Positions 37,883-48,640 of a stretch of DNA of 64,000 bases are shown here, in pieces. The DNA is from Polyangiales bacterium (GTDB taxonomy: Bacteria > Myxococcota_A > Polyangia > Polyangiales > Ga0077539), in NCBI GenBank assembly GCA_044229975.1, contig JBGARZ010000002.1, positions 576,001 through 640,000 on the forward strand. The letters are read 5' to 3'. The notes below the pieces were generated by a model. That model was not told the DNA's origin, searched no databases, and was given only the letters and a program-made list of their open reading frames with translations. Within the stretch, counting starts at the first letter, position 1. Each line of letters starts with the position of its first letter. The position numbers were made by a program, and so were the translations under genes.

Positions 37883-38428
37883 GTGAGCGAAGACGCAAAG
37901 CAGGCCGCACCGATCCAAGTGACGATCTACACCGATGGTGGCGCGAAGCCGAACCCCGATGGGCCGGGCGGGTGGGGCGCGTTGTTCATCACCGGGACAC
38001 AGCGGCGGGAGATCTCGGGCGGTGAGCCGAGCACGACCAACAACCGCATGGAGCTGATGGCCGCCATCGCGGCGCTGGAGGAGCTGAAGAGGCCCTGCCT
38101 GGTGACGCTCTGGACGGACAGCCAGTACCTCAAGAACGGCATCACCGAGTGGATGCCCAACTGGGTCAAGCGCGGCTGGAAGACGGCCTCGAAGCAGCCC
38201 GTGAAGAACCAGGACCTCTGGCAGCGCCTGCACGCCGCCGCGCAGAAACACCAGATGACCTGGAAGTGGGTCAAGGCCCACAACGGTCATCCCCTCAACG
38301 AGCGGGTCGACCAGCTCGCCACCGAGGCGCGCGAGAAGATCGAGCGCGAGGGCGTGGGGTCCGTGGTGTCAAAGCACCGCGAGGTCGTCCCGATGGACGG
38401 CCTCTTCGCCGTGCGGCGCTCCGAGTAG
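37883..38428 (+). CDS. rnhA: ribonuclease HI
   Basis: [30 protein letters not shown] and WVKAH...NERVDQLA motifs. Confidence 0.95.
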   Translation: MSEDAKQAAPIQVTIYTDGGAKPNPDGPGGWGALFITGTQRREISGGEPSTTNNRMELMAAIAALEELKRPCLVTLWTDSQYLKNGITEWMPNWVKRGWKTASKQPVKNQDLWQRLHAAAQKHQMTWKWVKAHNGHPLNERVDQLATEAREKIEREGVGSVVSKHREVVPMDGLFAVRRSE

Positions 38429-39493
38429 CTCCGCCGCCTCGCGCGAGTTGCGCCCGCGGATGGCGCTGATCTCCGCGCTGGAGAAGGCGGTCAATCCCCG
38501 CGCGAAGGCCACACCATCGGCGCCCAGGAGGTCGACCGGGTCACCGCGGCGGAAGGTTCCGCGCACCTCGGTGACGCCCGATGGGAGGAGCGAGCGTCCG
38601 CCCTCCAGCACCGCCTTGCGCGCCCCCGCGTCGACGACGAGCGAGCCGCGCGCGCGGAGCGTGTGCGCGATCCAGTGGGAGCGCGCCGAGACCCGCTGCT
38701 CCATCGGGAGGAAGACCGTCCCCACGTCGTCGCCGCGCATCAGCGCCGCGAGCACGCCCGGCTTGCGACCCGGCGCGATGACGGCCGTCGCGCCGGAGCT
38801 CGTCGCCGCCCGCGCGGCCTTGAGCTTGGTCACCATGCCCCCTTTGCCACCGCCTGAAATGTCCTTGCGGACGAAGCGATCGACGCCCCGGTCGCCGCCC
38901 GCGACCACAGGGACGCGACGGTCGCCGTCGAGCAGACCGGGCGCGACGGAGAGCATCACGAGGAGCTCGGCGCCCACGAGGTTGGCCACCTGCGCGGAGA
39001 GCGAGTCGTTGTCGCCGAAGGCGATCTCCTCGACGCTGACGGTGTCGTTCTCGTTGATGACGGGGATGGCGCCGCGCGCGAGGAGGGCTTCGAGGGCGCC
39101 GCGGGCGTTGAGGTAGCGCTTGCGCTCGGCGAAGTCGGAGTGGGTCAGCAGCACCTGGGCCGCGACGCGCTTGCGACGCGCGAAGACCTCCGACCAGAGG
39201 CGGATGAGCAGGCCCTGACCCGCGGCGGCGCAGGCCTGGAGCTGGTCCATGCGACGCGGGCGGACGGAGAAGCCGAGCGCCTCGACGCCGAGCGCGATGG
39301 CGCCCGAGGAGACGAGCACCACGCGACGGCCGGGTGTCTCGGCGAGGTCGACGAGCTCGTTGGCGAGGCCGTCGAGCACGGCGCGGTCGATGGCGCCGCG
39401 CGGGTCGGTGAGCACGCCGGTGCCGATCTTGACGACGATGGTGCGGGCGCGGCGGAGGGGGGAGAGTCGATCGAGGCTGGCGTCGGGGTCCAT
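38369..39493 (-). CDS. proB: glutamate 5-kinase
   Basis: [29 protein letters not shown] and GGMVTKL motifs; C-terminal PUA domain. Confidence 0.95.
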   Translation of the reverse strand: MDPDASLDRLSPLRRARTIVVKIGTGVLTDPRGAIDRAVLDGLANELVDLAETPGRRVVLVSSGAIALGVEALGFSVRPRRMDQLQACAAAGQGLLIRLWSEVFARRKRVAAQVLLTHSDFAERKRYLNARGALEALLARGAIPVINENDTVSVEEIAFGDNDSLSAQVANLVGAELLVMLSVAPGLLDGDRRVPVVAGGDRGVDRFVRKDISGGGKGGMVTKLKAARAATSSGATAVIAPGRKPGVLAALMRGDDVGTVFLPMEQRVSARSHWIAHTLRARGSLVVDAGARKAVLEGGRSLLPSGVTEVRGTFRRGDPVDLLGADGVAFARGLTAFSSAEISAIRGRNSREAAELLGAPHGEEAVHRDDLAVL

Positions 39494-39561
39494 GACAGCG
39501 CCGGACGGAGTACCAGATCGGGCGCCCGGTGGGGCCGCTGGTTTTGCTATACGAGCGGCCG

Positions 39562-42477
39562 ATGCCCGTCCCCCCCGATGCCCTTCAGCGATTGCTCGCC
39601 ACGGTTCGCAAGCGCAGCCCCTCGATGCGTCTCGCGCAGGCGACCGAACTCTCCCAGCCCGGCAACGTGCTGTGCGAGCGCGAGTCCGACGAGGAGGCCG
39701 TGCTGCTGGTGCAGGTCCCCGGCTGGTCGGTGTCTGCGACCGTGGTGCTTTACCCGACCGAGGGCGAGTGGGCGTGCGACTGCGGCGGCGCCGACCCCTG
39801 CGCGCACATCGTCGCGGGGGCCATCGCGCTCGACGCCGCCCGGCGCGCGGGCGTCGAGCTCCCGTCGGCCGCGCGGGTGCAATCGAAGCTGCGCCACGAG
39901 CTCTCGGTGGTCGGGCAGAGCCTCGCGGTCGCACGAACCATCGTCGGCGCCGACGGCGCGGAGACGCCCTGCACGCAGCCGTTGTCGCAGGTGACCACCC
40001 CGCTCGCGACCACCGAGGCCGACGTCGATGTCGACCGGCTCATCGACCCCGACCATGGCGGCACCGTCGCTCCGAAGGACGTCCCGGCGCTGCTCGCGGC
40101 GCTTGCGTTGTGTGAGGACGTTCGCCTCGCCGGGCGCGTGGTGCGGGTGTCTACCGACGCGGTGCTCCCACGAGCGACGCTCGACGACCACCCCAAGGGC
40201 TTCGCACTGCGCATCGAGCGCGACCCGTCGGTGAGCGCCGTGCTCGTCGCGGGCGTCGTGCGCTGTGGTGACACGGTGCGGCCGCTCGGCGCGACGGAGG
40301 TCACCGGACCGCGATTGGAGCGCCTGCCCATCCAGCGGGTGTTTGCCGAGAAGGATGTCGTCGAACTGGTGCTGAGGGCGCTGCCGGAGCTCAACGCGAA
40401 GGTGCCCGTCGCGGTGCGCTCGCGGTCGCTGCCGAGCATCGCGAAGGGCGTCCGCCCGCGCGTCGCCTTCGAGGTGACGATGCTGTCGCACGCGATGTCG
40501 GTGCTGCCGACGGTGGTCTACGGCGACCCGGCCATCGCGAAGGTGGAGGATGGTCGACTGGTGCACCTGAGTGGGGGTGTCCCGGTGCGCGACGAGGCCG
40601 CGGAGGTGCGCGAGGTGCACCGACTGCGCGACGAGCTCGGGTTGATGCCGGGCGTGCGGACGTCCTATCGCGGGAGCGACGCGGCGCGCTTCATCGCGAA
40701 GCTGCGAACGTGGTCGCCGTCGCCGCAGCACACCGCGTCGTCGCTCTTCGGTGATCGGGCCCTCACGCCGAAGCTCACGGTGCGTGATTCGGGCTTCGAT
40801 CTCTCCTTCGACCTTCCGGGCGAAGGCGAAGGCGCGCCCGTGCGGCAGGCCGATGCGGCGACGGTGATGCAGGCGTGGCGTGAGGGGCTGGAGGTCGCTC
40901 CGCTCAGCGACGGGACGTGGGCGCCGCTGCCCGCCGCGTGGCTACGAGAGCACGGTCATCGGGTCGCCGACCTGCTCGCGGCGCGCGATGACGAGGGAGA
41001 GGTTCCGCGAGCGGCGCTGCCTGCGCTGGCGCGGTTGTGTGAAGAGCTGGAGACGCCGGCGCCGCCGAAGCTGGCGGGGCTCAAGGCGCTGGTCGACGGC
41101 TTCGAGGCGATTCCCTCCGTGGCCTTGCCCGACGACCTCACGGCGACGCTGCGCCCCTACCAGCGGCGCGGCGTCGACTGGCTGTGCTTCCTGCGCGACG
41201 CGGGGATGGGCGCGGTGCTCGCCGACGACATGGGCCTCGGCAAGACGCTCCAGACGCTGTGCACCTTCCGCGGGCGGGTGCTCGTGGTGGCGCCGCGCAG
41301 CGTGCTGCACAACTGGAGCGACGAGGTGCGGCGCTTCCGGCCGGGGCTCTCGGTGTCCGTCTACCACGGCGCCGGTCGCTCGCTCGACGCGCGCGCGGAC
41401 GTCACGCTCACCACCTACGCCGTGCTCCGACTCGACGCGGGCGAGCTCACGAAGCAGCGCTGGGACATGGTCGTCCTCGACGAGGCACAGGCCATCAAGA
41501 ACCCCGACAGCCAGGCCGCCCGCGCGGCCTACCAGCTCCGCGCGGAGTCTCGCGTCGCGCTCTCCGGCACGCCCGTGGAGAACCGTCTCGAAGAACTCTG
41601 GAGCCTCGTTCACTTCACCAACCCGGGGCTGCTGGGCGGGCGCTCGGACTTCGACGAGCGCTACACGAAGCCCGCGTCCGACGGCGACGCCGAGGCCATG
41701 CGACGACTGCGCGAGCGGGTGGGGCCGTTCCTGCTGCGTAGGCTGAAGCGCGAGGTGGCGCCCGAGCTGCCGCCGCGCACGGAGGCGGTGCTGAAGTGCG
41801 ACCTCGACGAGCGCGAGCGGGCCGTCTACGACGCGGTGCGGGCGGCGTCGCAGAGCGAGGTGGTCGAGGCGTTGCGCGCGGGCGGCAACACGCTCGCGGC
41901 GCTCGAAGCGCTGCTGCGGTTGCGACAGGCGGCGTGTCACAGCGGGCTCGTCCCGGGGCAGCACGCCGACACCTCGTCGAAGGTGACGTGCCTCGTGGAG
42001 GCGCTGGAGTCCGCGGCGGCCGATGGTCACAAGGCGCTGGTGTTCTCGCAGTGGACGTCGCTGCTCGACCGGGTGGAGCCGCACCTGCGCGAGGCGGGCA
42101 TCGGGTTCAATCGCCTCGACGGGTCGACGCGCGATCGGGCCGAGGTGGTGACGGCGTTTCAGCGCGCGGATGGGCCGCCGGTGATGCTGGTGTCGCTCAA
42201 GGCGGGCGGCACGGGCATCAACCTCACCGCAGCCGACCACGTCTTCCTCCTCGACCCGTGGTGGAACCCCGCCGTCGAAGACCAGGCCGCCGACCGCGCG
42301 CACCGCATCGGTCAGCTACGGCCCGTGACGATCTACCGCATCGTCGCGAGCGAGACCGTCGAGGAGCGCATCGTCGAGCTCCAGGCCCGCAAGCGTGCCC
42401 TCGCCGAAGCGGCACTCTCCGGCGGCGACCCGTCGGCGTCGCTCACCCGCGACGACCTCCTCGCGCTGCTCGCCTAG
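39562..42477 (+). CDS. SWIM zinc finger-SNF2 family helicase
   Basis: CDC...[42 protein letters not shown] and [11 protein letters not shown] motifs. Confidence 0.95.
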   Translation: MPVPPDALQRLLATVRKRSPSMRLAQATELSQPGNVLCERESDEEAVLLVQVPGWSVSATVVLYPTEGEWACDCGGADPCAHIVAGAIALDAARRAGVELPSAARVQSKLRHELSVVGQSLAVARTIVGADGAETPCTQPLSQVTTPLATTEADVDVDRLIDPDHGGTVAPKDVPALLAALALCEDVRLAGRVVRVSTDAVLPRATLDDHPKGFALRIERDPSVSAVLVAGVVRCGDTVRPLGATEVTGPRLERLPIQRVFAEKDVVELVLRALPELNAKVPVAVRSRSLPSIAKGVRPRVAFEVTMLSHAMSVLPTVVYGDPAIAKVEDGRLVHLSGGVPVRDEAAEVREVHRLRDELGLMPGVRTSYRGSDAARFIAKLRTWSPSPQHTASSLFGDRALTPKLTVRDSGFDLSFDLPGEGEGAPVRQADAATVMQAWREGLEVAPLSDGTWAPLPAAWLREHGHRVADLLAARDDEGEVPRAALPALARLCEELETPAPPKLAGLKALVDGFEAIPSVALPDDLTATLRPYQRRGVDWLCFLRDAGMGAVLADDMGLGKTLQTLCTFRGRVLVVAPRSVLHNWSDEVRRFRPGLSVSVYHGAGRSLDARADVTLTTYAVLRLDAGELTKQRWDMVVLDEAQAIKNPDSQAARAAYQLRAESRVALSGTPVENRLEELWSLVHFTNPGLLGGRSDFDERYTKPASDGDAEAMRRLRERVGPFLLRRLKREVAPELPPRTEAVLKCDLDERERAVYDAVRAASQSEVVEALRAGGNTLAALEALLRLRQAACHSGLVPGQHADTSSKVTCLVEALESAAADGHKALVFSQWTSLLDRVEPHLREAGIGFNRLDGSTRDRAEVVTAFQRADGPPVMLVSLKAGGTGINLTAADHVFLLDPWWNPAVEDQAADRAHRIGQLRPVTIYRIVASETVEERIVELQARKRALAEAALSGGDPSASLTRDDLLALLA

Positions 42478-43313
42478 ACCGCGCGGAGAAACGCCAGCAG
42501 ACGCCGCGCCGTCCCTTCGCAGTCGTCGACCTGCGGGCTGTGGCCGACGCCGGGCACCACCTCGATGCGCGCGTGCTCTGGCAGGTGCTCGCGGAAGAAC
42601 GCCAGCCCCGACGAAGGCAGCACCCGCTCCTCGGCGCCCCACAGCAGGAGCACCGGAGCGGTCACGGCGCGCACCTCTTCGACGGTGAGGTAGTTCTGCG
42701 GCCCAAGGCCGCCGAGGAGCTCGCGCATCGCGGGTCGACTGAAGCCGCGGCGCAGGCTCGCGGCGAAGAGCGGCCGCAGCCGTGTCCGACGCACCAGCAG
42801 CCGGTCGATGAAGGCCTCCGCCTCCGCGTGGCTCTGGAGCGTGAAGGTGCGCCGCAGCGCGAGGAGCTCGTCGTCGGAGAGGGGCGCGCCACCCGGAGCC
42901 ACGAGGGCGAGAGCCCGAACCCTGGCGGGGCGGTCGACCGTGTAGCGGAGCGCGAGGGCCGCGCCCATGGAGTTGCCGATGAGCACGGCGGGTTCGTCGA
43001 GGGCGCGGTCGAGGGCGTCGCGCGTCCCCTCGTAGACCTTGGCGCCGTCGAGCGGCGTGGGCGCCGAGCTGTATCCGTGGCCGGGGAGGTCGGGTGCGAT
43101 GAGCCGCCGCACATGGGGGCGCAGGGCCTGGAGGAGCGGCGCGTTGTACGACGCCGACGAGTTGAACCCGTGAAGGAGAACCGTCGTCGGTAGCGGACCG
43201 TCTCCGAGCGTCTCGACCCAGTGCATCGACCCGGTCGTGGTGGGCGCAGAGCGGCTGCGCCAACCACGGGCGCGGAGCGAGAGGCGGGCGAGGCGTTCGC
43301 TGAGGAGGGTCAT
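42474..43313 (-). CDS. alpha/beta hydrolase
   Basis: LLHGF, DLPGHG, GNSMG nucleophile elbow and GHSP. Confidence 0.9.
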   Translation of the reverse strand: MTLLSERLARLSLRARGWRSRSAPTTTGSMHWVETLGDGPLPTTVLLHGFNSSASYNAPLLQALRPHVRRLIAPDLPGHGYSSAPTPLDGAKVYEGTRDALDRALDEPAVLIGNSMGAALALRYTVDRPARVRALALVAPGGAPLSDDELLALRRTFTLQSHAEAEAFIDRLLVRRTRLRPLFAASLRRGFSRPAMRELLGGLGPQNYLTVEEVRAVTAPVLLLWGAEERVLPSSGLAFFREHLPEHARIEVVPGVGHSPQVDDCEGTARRLLAFLRAV

Positions 43314-43347
43314 CGGCGCGCGCCGACGATAGCAGCAAGCGTCGACG

Positions 43348-44280
43348 CTACGGGCGGACGGCGCTGACGGTCGTCGGCGGCATGGTGCTCGGGGCGGCCG
43401 CGCCCACCACGGTGCGCGGGGGGTTGGACGCGGGCGACACGACGATCTCCACGCGGCGGTTGTTGGCGCGACCCTCGGGGGTCTCGTTGGGCGCCACGGG
43501 GCGCGTCGGACCCATGCCCGCCGCCTCGATCTGCGACTCGGGGATGCCGCGCGAGATCAGGTAGCTGCGCACGGACTGGGCGCGCGCGAGCGAGAGCGCC
43601 TGGTTGTCGGCGGCCGAGCCGCGCGAGTCGGTGTGCCCCTCCACCACGAGGTGGCGTCCACCCTGATCGATCAGACCGCGCGCGACCTGGTCGAGCCGCT
43701 GCTGGGCGATGGGAAGGAGCGCCGACTGACCCGTCGCGAAGAGCACCTCGCCCGAGAGGGTGATGACGGTTCCGCGCTGCTCCTCGCGCACCGCGGCGAC
43801 GCGGCGGAGGCTCTCCAGCGCAGCGGCGGCCTGACGCTCGGCCTCGGCCCGACGCTGCTGCTCGGTGGCGAGCTGCTGCGCGGTCTGCGCCTGCGTCTCA
43901 CGGGACTGCTGAAGCGCGGTACGCGCCTGCGCGAGCTGCTCCCCCGTGAGCTGCTGCGCGGTCTGCTGCGCGCCCTGGCGCTCCTGCTCGGCCTGCATCG
44001 CCTCGCCGCGGGCCTCGACGGTCTGGGCGCGGCGCAGAGCCACGTAGGAGAGGTCGCGGGTCACATCGGAGCCGGGCTCGGCGGCGTAGCTGCGCTCGGC
44101 GCGGTCGAGGTCCTGCTGGGCGTTGTGCAGGTCGACGAGGGCGAGGCGGGCCGCGGGGCCGTTGCTCGCGCGGGTCATGGAGGCGCGCGCTTCGATGAGC
44201 TCACGCGGGGCCGCGGAGCTGGAGGCGCAGCCGTTGAGAGCGAGGACGCCGAGGGCGGTCGACAAGAGGATGTACTTCAT
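43348..44280 (-). CDS. DUF4398-OmpA family lipoprotein
   Basis: Lipobox LNGC; coiled coil; VEGHTDSRG, LSLARA and NRRVEI motifs. Confidence 0.9.
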   Translation of the reverse strand: MKYILLSTALGVLALNGCASSSAAPRELIEARASMTRASNGPAARLALVDLHNAQQDLDRAERSYAAEPGSDVTRDLSYVALRRAQTVEARGEAMQAEQERQGAQQTAQQLTGEQLAQARTALQQSRETQAQTAQQLATEQQRRAEAERQAAAALESLRRVAAVREEQRGTVITLSGEVLFATGQSALLPIAQQRLDQVARGLIDQGGRHLVVEGHTDSRGSAADNQALSLARAQSVRSYLISRGIPESQIEAAGMGPTRPVAPNETPEGRANNRRVEIVVSPASNPPRTVVGAAAPSTMPPTTVSAVRP

Positions 44281-44297
44281 GGTGCTGCTCCGTTGCT

Positions 44298-44657
44298 TCA
44301 CTGAACCGGGGACTGGGCCTGGACCTCACGCACCTGCGTGCTGGCCTGCATGGCGGCGGCCATCGCGGTGGTGCGACGCGAGAGCGCCAACGCGAGGTCG
44401 GCGTCGGCTTCGGCGCGCGCCAGGACACGCTCGGCGCGCTCGCCCTCACCGTCTCGCGAGAGGGTCTCCGCCTGCGCGAACTGCTCGCGGGCGTACTGGA
44501 GATGCAGCGCTGCGGTGGGGTTCTGCTCCGCGCCCACTTCGCGCGCCGCGCGGATGGCGGCCTGGGCCGAGCCCATGCGCGCCGACGAGGCGGTGGTGCC
44601 TGCGCAGGCGGCGAGGCCGAGCGCGGGAAGGATCAACCATCGAGGGAGTGTGTTCAT
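44298..44657 (-). CDS. DUF4398 lipoprotein
   Basis: Lipobox LAAC; AIRAAREVGA...RAEADADLA; typical partner upstream of OmpA; AGGAG RBS. Confidence 0.85.
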   Translation of the reverse strand: MNTLPRWLILPALGLAACAGTTASSARMGSAQAAIRAAREVGAEQNPTAALHLQYAREQFAQAETLSRDGEGERAERVLARAEADADLALALSRRTTAMAAAMQASTQVREVQAQSPVQ

Positions 44658-44940
44658 GTTGGATTGGCTCCTGTTGGGGTCTGCCCGCACCAATCCAAGG
44701 TCTGTGCCGCCCGCTCCGACGTGCGCGAATCACACTGGATACCCAGGGGCGATCGCGACGCTGCGCGCCGTGACGGAATGGTGGCGATCGTAGGCGCCGC
44801 CGCGCGTCCGCCACACGACCGTGACCCACGTGAGCGGATACGCCCCACGTCATGGGTCGGAGCCGCGAAGGTGGACTCTCGTCGCGTCGACGGTGATAGG
44901 GTCCGCGCCCCCGACCACTCCCACCGAAGACGGTGCCCCG

Positions 44941-47900
44941 ATGCGTCTCCTGCGTTCGTCCGTGATCGTGCTCCTCTCCCTCGCGGCCTGCTCCAGCGAC
45001 CCCCAACCGATCAACACACCCGACGGCGGCACCGCCACCGACGCGGGCACTGACGCGGGCACCGACGGCAGCAGCGCGCCCGACGTCGTCACCGGCGATC
45101 GCCCGCCGACGGGCGACGGCGGCGTCGTCACCCGCCCGGAACCCCGCATCACCACCTGTCCTGGCGCCTCGGCTCCGTCGCTCGCGTCGGGCACCTGCGC
45201 CGTCACCGCAGGCAGCGCCGCGCTCCTGATCACGGGCGACGTGCTCACGCCGGGTGAGGTGTTTCGCGGCGGCCAGGTGCTCGTCGACACCGCGGGCGTC
45301 ATCCGCTGCGTGGGCTGCGACTGCTCCACCTCCGAAGGCGCCGCGGGCGCGACCGCCGTGGTGTGCCCCGACGGCGTCGTGTCGCCCGGCCTCATCAACG
45401 CGCACGACCACCTCACCTTCGCGCAGAACCCGCCGTACAACCGCACCGCCGAGCGCTACGAGCACCGCCACGACTGGCGCCGTGGCGCGCGCGGCCACAC
45501 GCGCCTCTCGTCCGCGGGCAGCGCCAGCAACGATCAGGTCGCGTGGGGCGAGCTGCGCTTCGTCCTCGGCGGCGCCACCTCCGTCAACGGCTCGGGCGGC
45601 GTCGCGGGCTTCCTGCGCAACCTCGACCGCGCGACGCAGGACGGCCTCGGCCAGCCGGTGGTTCGCTACGAGACCTTCCCCCTCGGCGACTCCGGCGGCG
45701 AGACGCTGTCCATGGGCTGCGGCTACCCCTCCATCGACACCGCGATGGAGATCGCCAACGTCGACGCGTACACGCCCCACGTCGCCGAAGGGATCGGCGC
45801 CGAGGCGCGCAACGAGTTCACCTGCATCCGCATGGGGGCCAACGACCTGGTGGCGCCGCAGAGCGCCTTCGTCCACGGCGTCGGTCTGCTCCCGCCCGAC
45901 ATCGCCGAGATGGCCACGCAGGGCACCGCGCTCATCTGGTCGCCGCGCTCCAACGTGACCCTCTACGGCGACACCGCGCGCGTCACCGAGTACGCCCGCC
46001 TCGGGGTTCCCATCGCCCTCGGCTCCGACTGGCTCATCAGCGGCTCCATGAACATGCTCCGCGAGCTGCGCTGCGCCGACACCCTCGACACCAACTTCTT
46101 CGGCGACTTCTTCACCGACGAGGCGCTCTGGCTCATGGCCACCCGCGACGCCGCGGCCGCCCTCGCCGTCGACGACGCCGTCGGCATCATCGCCACCGGT
46201 CGCGTCGCCGACCTCGCCATCTTCAACGGCGCCACCCACCACGATCACCGCGCCGTCATCGACGCGGCGCCCGGCGACGTGGTGCTGGTGCTGCGCGGCG
46301 GCGCGGCCCTCTACGGCGACGCGCCCGTCGTCAGCGGCCTCGCGGGCGGTGCGATGTGCGACACGCTCGACGTGTGCGGCGTCGCCAAGCGCGTCTGCGT
46401 CTCGCGCGACCTCGGCGGGCGCACCCTCGCGGCGCTCACCAGCGCCAACTCCACGCGCTACCCCCTCTTCTTCTGCGGCGAGCCGATGAACGAGCCGTCG
46501 TGCCTCCCCGAGCGCAACGCCATGGGTTCGCTGCCCAACCCGGTGGTGGCGGGGTCGACCCGCTACACCGGCGTCTCCAGCGCCGACGACATGGACGGTG
46601 ACGGCGTGCTCAACGCGATGGACGACTGCCCGCGCGTCTTCAACCCGGTGCGCCCGGTCGACAACGGGACGCAGGGCGACGCCGACCGCGACGGCGTGGG
46701 CGACGCGTGCGACCCCTGCCCCCTCACCCCCGACTCGACGACCTGCGCCGCGCCCGACCCCAACGACCGCGACGGCGACGGCACCTCCAACGAGCGCGAC
46801 AACTGCCCCGACGCGCGCAACTCCGACCAGGCCGACCGTGACATGGACGGCCGCGGCGACGTCTGCGACCCCTGCCCCACGGCCGCCAACCCCAACGGCG
46901 CCGCCTGCCCCGCCAGCGTGTACGCCATCAAGACCGCCATGGTCGCGATGGGCTCGCGCGTGACCGTCACCGGCCCCGTGGTGACGGCCGTCTCGCGCAA
47001 CGGCTTCTACGCCCAGGTGGCGCCCGGCGACCCGCTCTACACGGCGCCCGAAAACTCCGGGATCTTCGTCTTCACGGGCACCGCCCCGATGGTCACCGTG
47101 GGCGACCGGGTCACCATCGGCAACGCGCTCATCGCCGACTTCTTCGGGCAGATCCAGCTCTCGGGCGCCACCGTCACGGCGACCTCGCGCGGCGTCACGC
47201 TGCCGCCTCCGGTCGCGGCGACGCCCGCGGAGGTCACCACCGGCGGAACGCGCGCGACGGCGCTCGAAGGCGTGCTCGTGCGCGTCAGCGACGTGACCGT
47301 CACCAACCCCACGCCCGCTCCCCTCGGCGGCGACACGGCGCCGACCAACGAGTTCGAGGTGAGCGGCGGCCTACGCGTCGACGATGGCCTCTACCTCACG
47401 GCCCCATTCCCGGTGATGGACGAGCGCTTCGCCTCCATTACGGGCGTGCTCTACCTCGCGCGCAGCAGCTCGAAGCTCAACCCGCGCTCGGCCGACGACC
47501 TCGTCGCGGGCGCCGCGCAGCTCGCGGCCTTCCCGACCACGACGGTGTTCGCCCGGGTCGGCGCGACGGCGGCTCCGACCTTCCCGACCGAACTCGCGGT
47601 GCAGCTCACGCGCGCCGTGGCCACTGCCAGCACCGTCACGGTGACGTCGAGCGACCCGGGCCTCGTGGTCGCCGACGTGGTGATCCCCGCCGGCATGACG
47701 CGCGTGGTGATTCCGGTGACGGGCGTCACGGCTTCGGCCACGGCGTACACGCTCACGGCGACGCTCGGCGCCTCCACGCGCACGGCGCAGGTGCGGGTGC
47801 TCGGGGCCACGGAGGTTCCGCGGCTCTCGTCGCTGACGCCCGCGATGAGCACGGCTTCGCTCGGCGCGACGACGACGCTCACCGTCACGCTCGACATTCC

Positions 47901-48639
47901 GGCGCCGCCCGGCGGCACCCCGGTGATGCTCGCCAGCACCGCCGGTGGAACGCTCCCCGCCATGGTGCTCGTCCCCGCTGGAGCGCTCACCGCGGACGTG
48001 GTGTTCACCGCCGGGTCTGCCGTCGCGACGGCGACCGTCACGGCGACCCTCGGCGCCGACACGCGCACCGCCATGGTGTCGGTGGTCGAGGCCCCATCGG
48101 GTGGCCTCGTCATCAACGAGGTCGACTACGACCAGGTCGGCACCGACAACGGCGAGTTCGTCGAGATCTTCAACGGCACCCTCGCGCCCATCGACCTCTC
48201 CACGGTGGTGCTGGTGCTGGTCAACGGATCCAACAGCCGCGAGTACGGCCGCGTCGCCCTCTCTGGAACGCTCGCTCCCGGTGCGTACGCGGTGGTGGCC
48301 AACGCGGGCGTGACCCTCCCCGCGGGCGTGGCGCGCTTCGCGATGGCCAACGACACCCTCCAGAACGGCGCGCCCGACGGCGTCGCGCTCATCAACACGG
48401 CGACGGCCGCGCTCATCGACGCGCTCTCCTACGAGGGCCCCATGAGCGCCGCGACCATCACCGGCGTCACCGGCACCGTGAGCCTCGTCGAAGGCACCGT
48501 GCTCGCGACGACCGTGGCCGACTCCAACACCGCCGTCGCCTCGCTGGCGCGGCTGCCCAACGGCGCCGACACCGACGACGCCGCGACCGACTGGCGCTTG
48601 TCCAACCGGCCGACGCCGGGCGCCGTCAACGCTCCTTGA
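44941..48639 (+). CDS. surface amidohydrolase lipoprotein with TSP3 repeats, OB-fold-like, Ig-like and lamin-tail domains
   Basis: Lipobox LAAC; PGLINAHDH, HVAEG, HG and ALGSDW motifs; DxDGDG/DNCP repeats; LVINEVDYD...EFVEIFN (LTD). Confidence 0.85.
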   Translation: MRLLRSSVIVLLSLAACSSDPQPINTPDGGTATDAGTDAGTDGSSAPDVVTGDRPPTGDGGVVTRPEPRITTCPGASAPSLASGTCAVTAGSAALLITGDVLTPGEVFRGGQVLVDTAGVIRCVGCDCSTSEGAAGATAVVCPDGVVSPGLINAHDHLTFAQNPPYNRTAERYEHRHDWRRGARGHTRLSSAGSASNDQVAWGELRFVLGGATSVNGSGGVAGFLRNLDRATQDGLGQPVVRYETFPLGDSGGETLSMGCGYPSIDTAMEIANVDAYTPHVAEGIGAEARNEFTCIRMGANDLVAPQSAFVHGVGLLPPDIAEMATQGTALIWSPRSNVTLYGDTARVTEYARLGVPIALGSDWLISGSMNMLRELRCADTLDTNFFGDFFTDEALWLMATRDAAAALAVDDAVGIIATGRVADLAIFNGATHHDHRAVIDAAPGDVVLVLRGGAALYGDAPVVSGLAGGAMCDTLDVCGVAKRVCVSRDLGGRTLAALTSANSTRYPLFFCGEPMNEPSCLPERNAMGSLPNPVVAGSTRYTGVSSADDMDGDGVLNAMDDCPRVFNPVRPVDNGTQGDADRDGVGDACDPCPLTPDSTTCAAPDPNDRDGDGTSNERDNCPDARNSDQADRDMDGRGDVCDPCPTAANPNGAACPASVYAIKTAMVAMGSRVTVTGPVVTAVSRNGFYAQVAPGDPLYTAPENSGIFVFTGTAPMVTVGDRVTIGNALIADFFGQIQLSGATVTATSRGVTLPPPVAATPAEVTTGGTRATALEGVLVRVSDVTVTNPTPAPLGGDTAPTNEFEVSGGLRVDDGLYLTAPFPVMDERFASITGVLYLARSSSKLNPRSADDLVAGAAQLAAFPTTTVFARVGATAAPTFPTELAVQLTRAVATASTVTVTSSDPGLVVADVVIPAGMTRVVIPVTGVTASATAYTLTATLGASTRTAQVRVLGATEVPRLSSLTPAMSTASLGATTTLTVTLDIPAPPGGTPVMLASTAGGTLPAMVLVPAGALTADVVFTAGSAVATATVTATLGADTRTAMVSVVEAPSGGLVINEVDYDQVGTDNGEFVEIFNGTLAPIDLSTVVLVLVNGSNSREYGRVALSGTLAPGAYAVVANAGVTLPAGVARFAMANDTLQNGAPDGVALINTATAALIDALSYEGPMSAATITGVTGTVSLVEGTVLATTVADSNTAVASLARLPNGADTDDAATDWRLSNRPTPGAVNAP

Positions 48640-48640
48640 T

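Noticed and set aside
39562..42477. SNF2 helicase as part of an anti-phage system
   Set aside because: Common SWIM-SNF2 architecture among housekeeping genes, with no defence partners adjacent.
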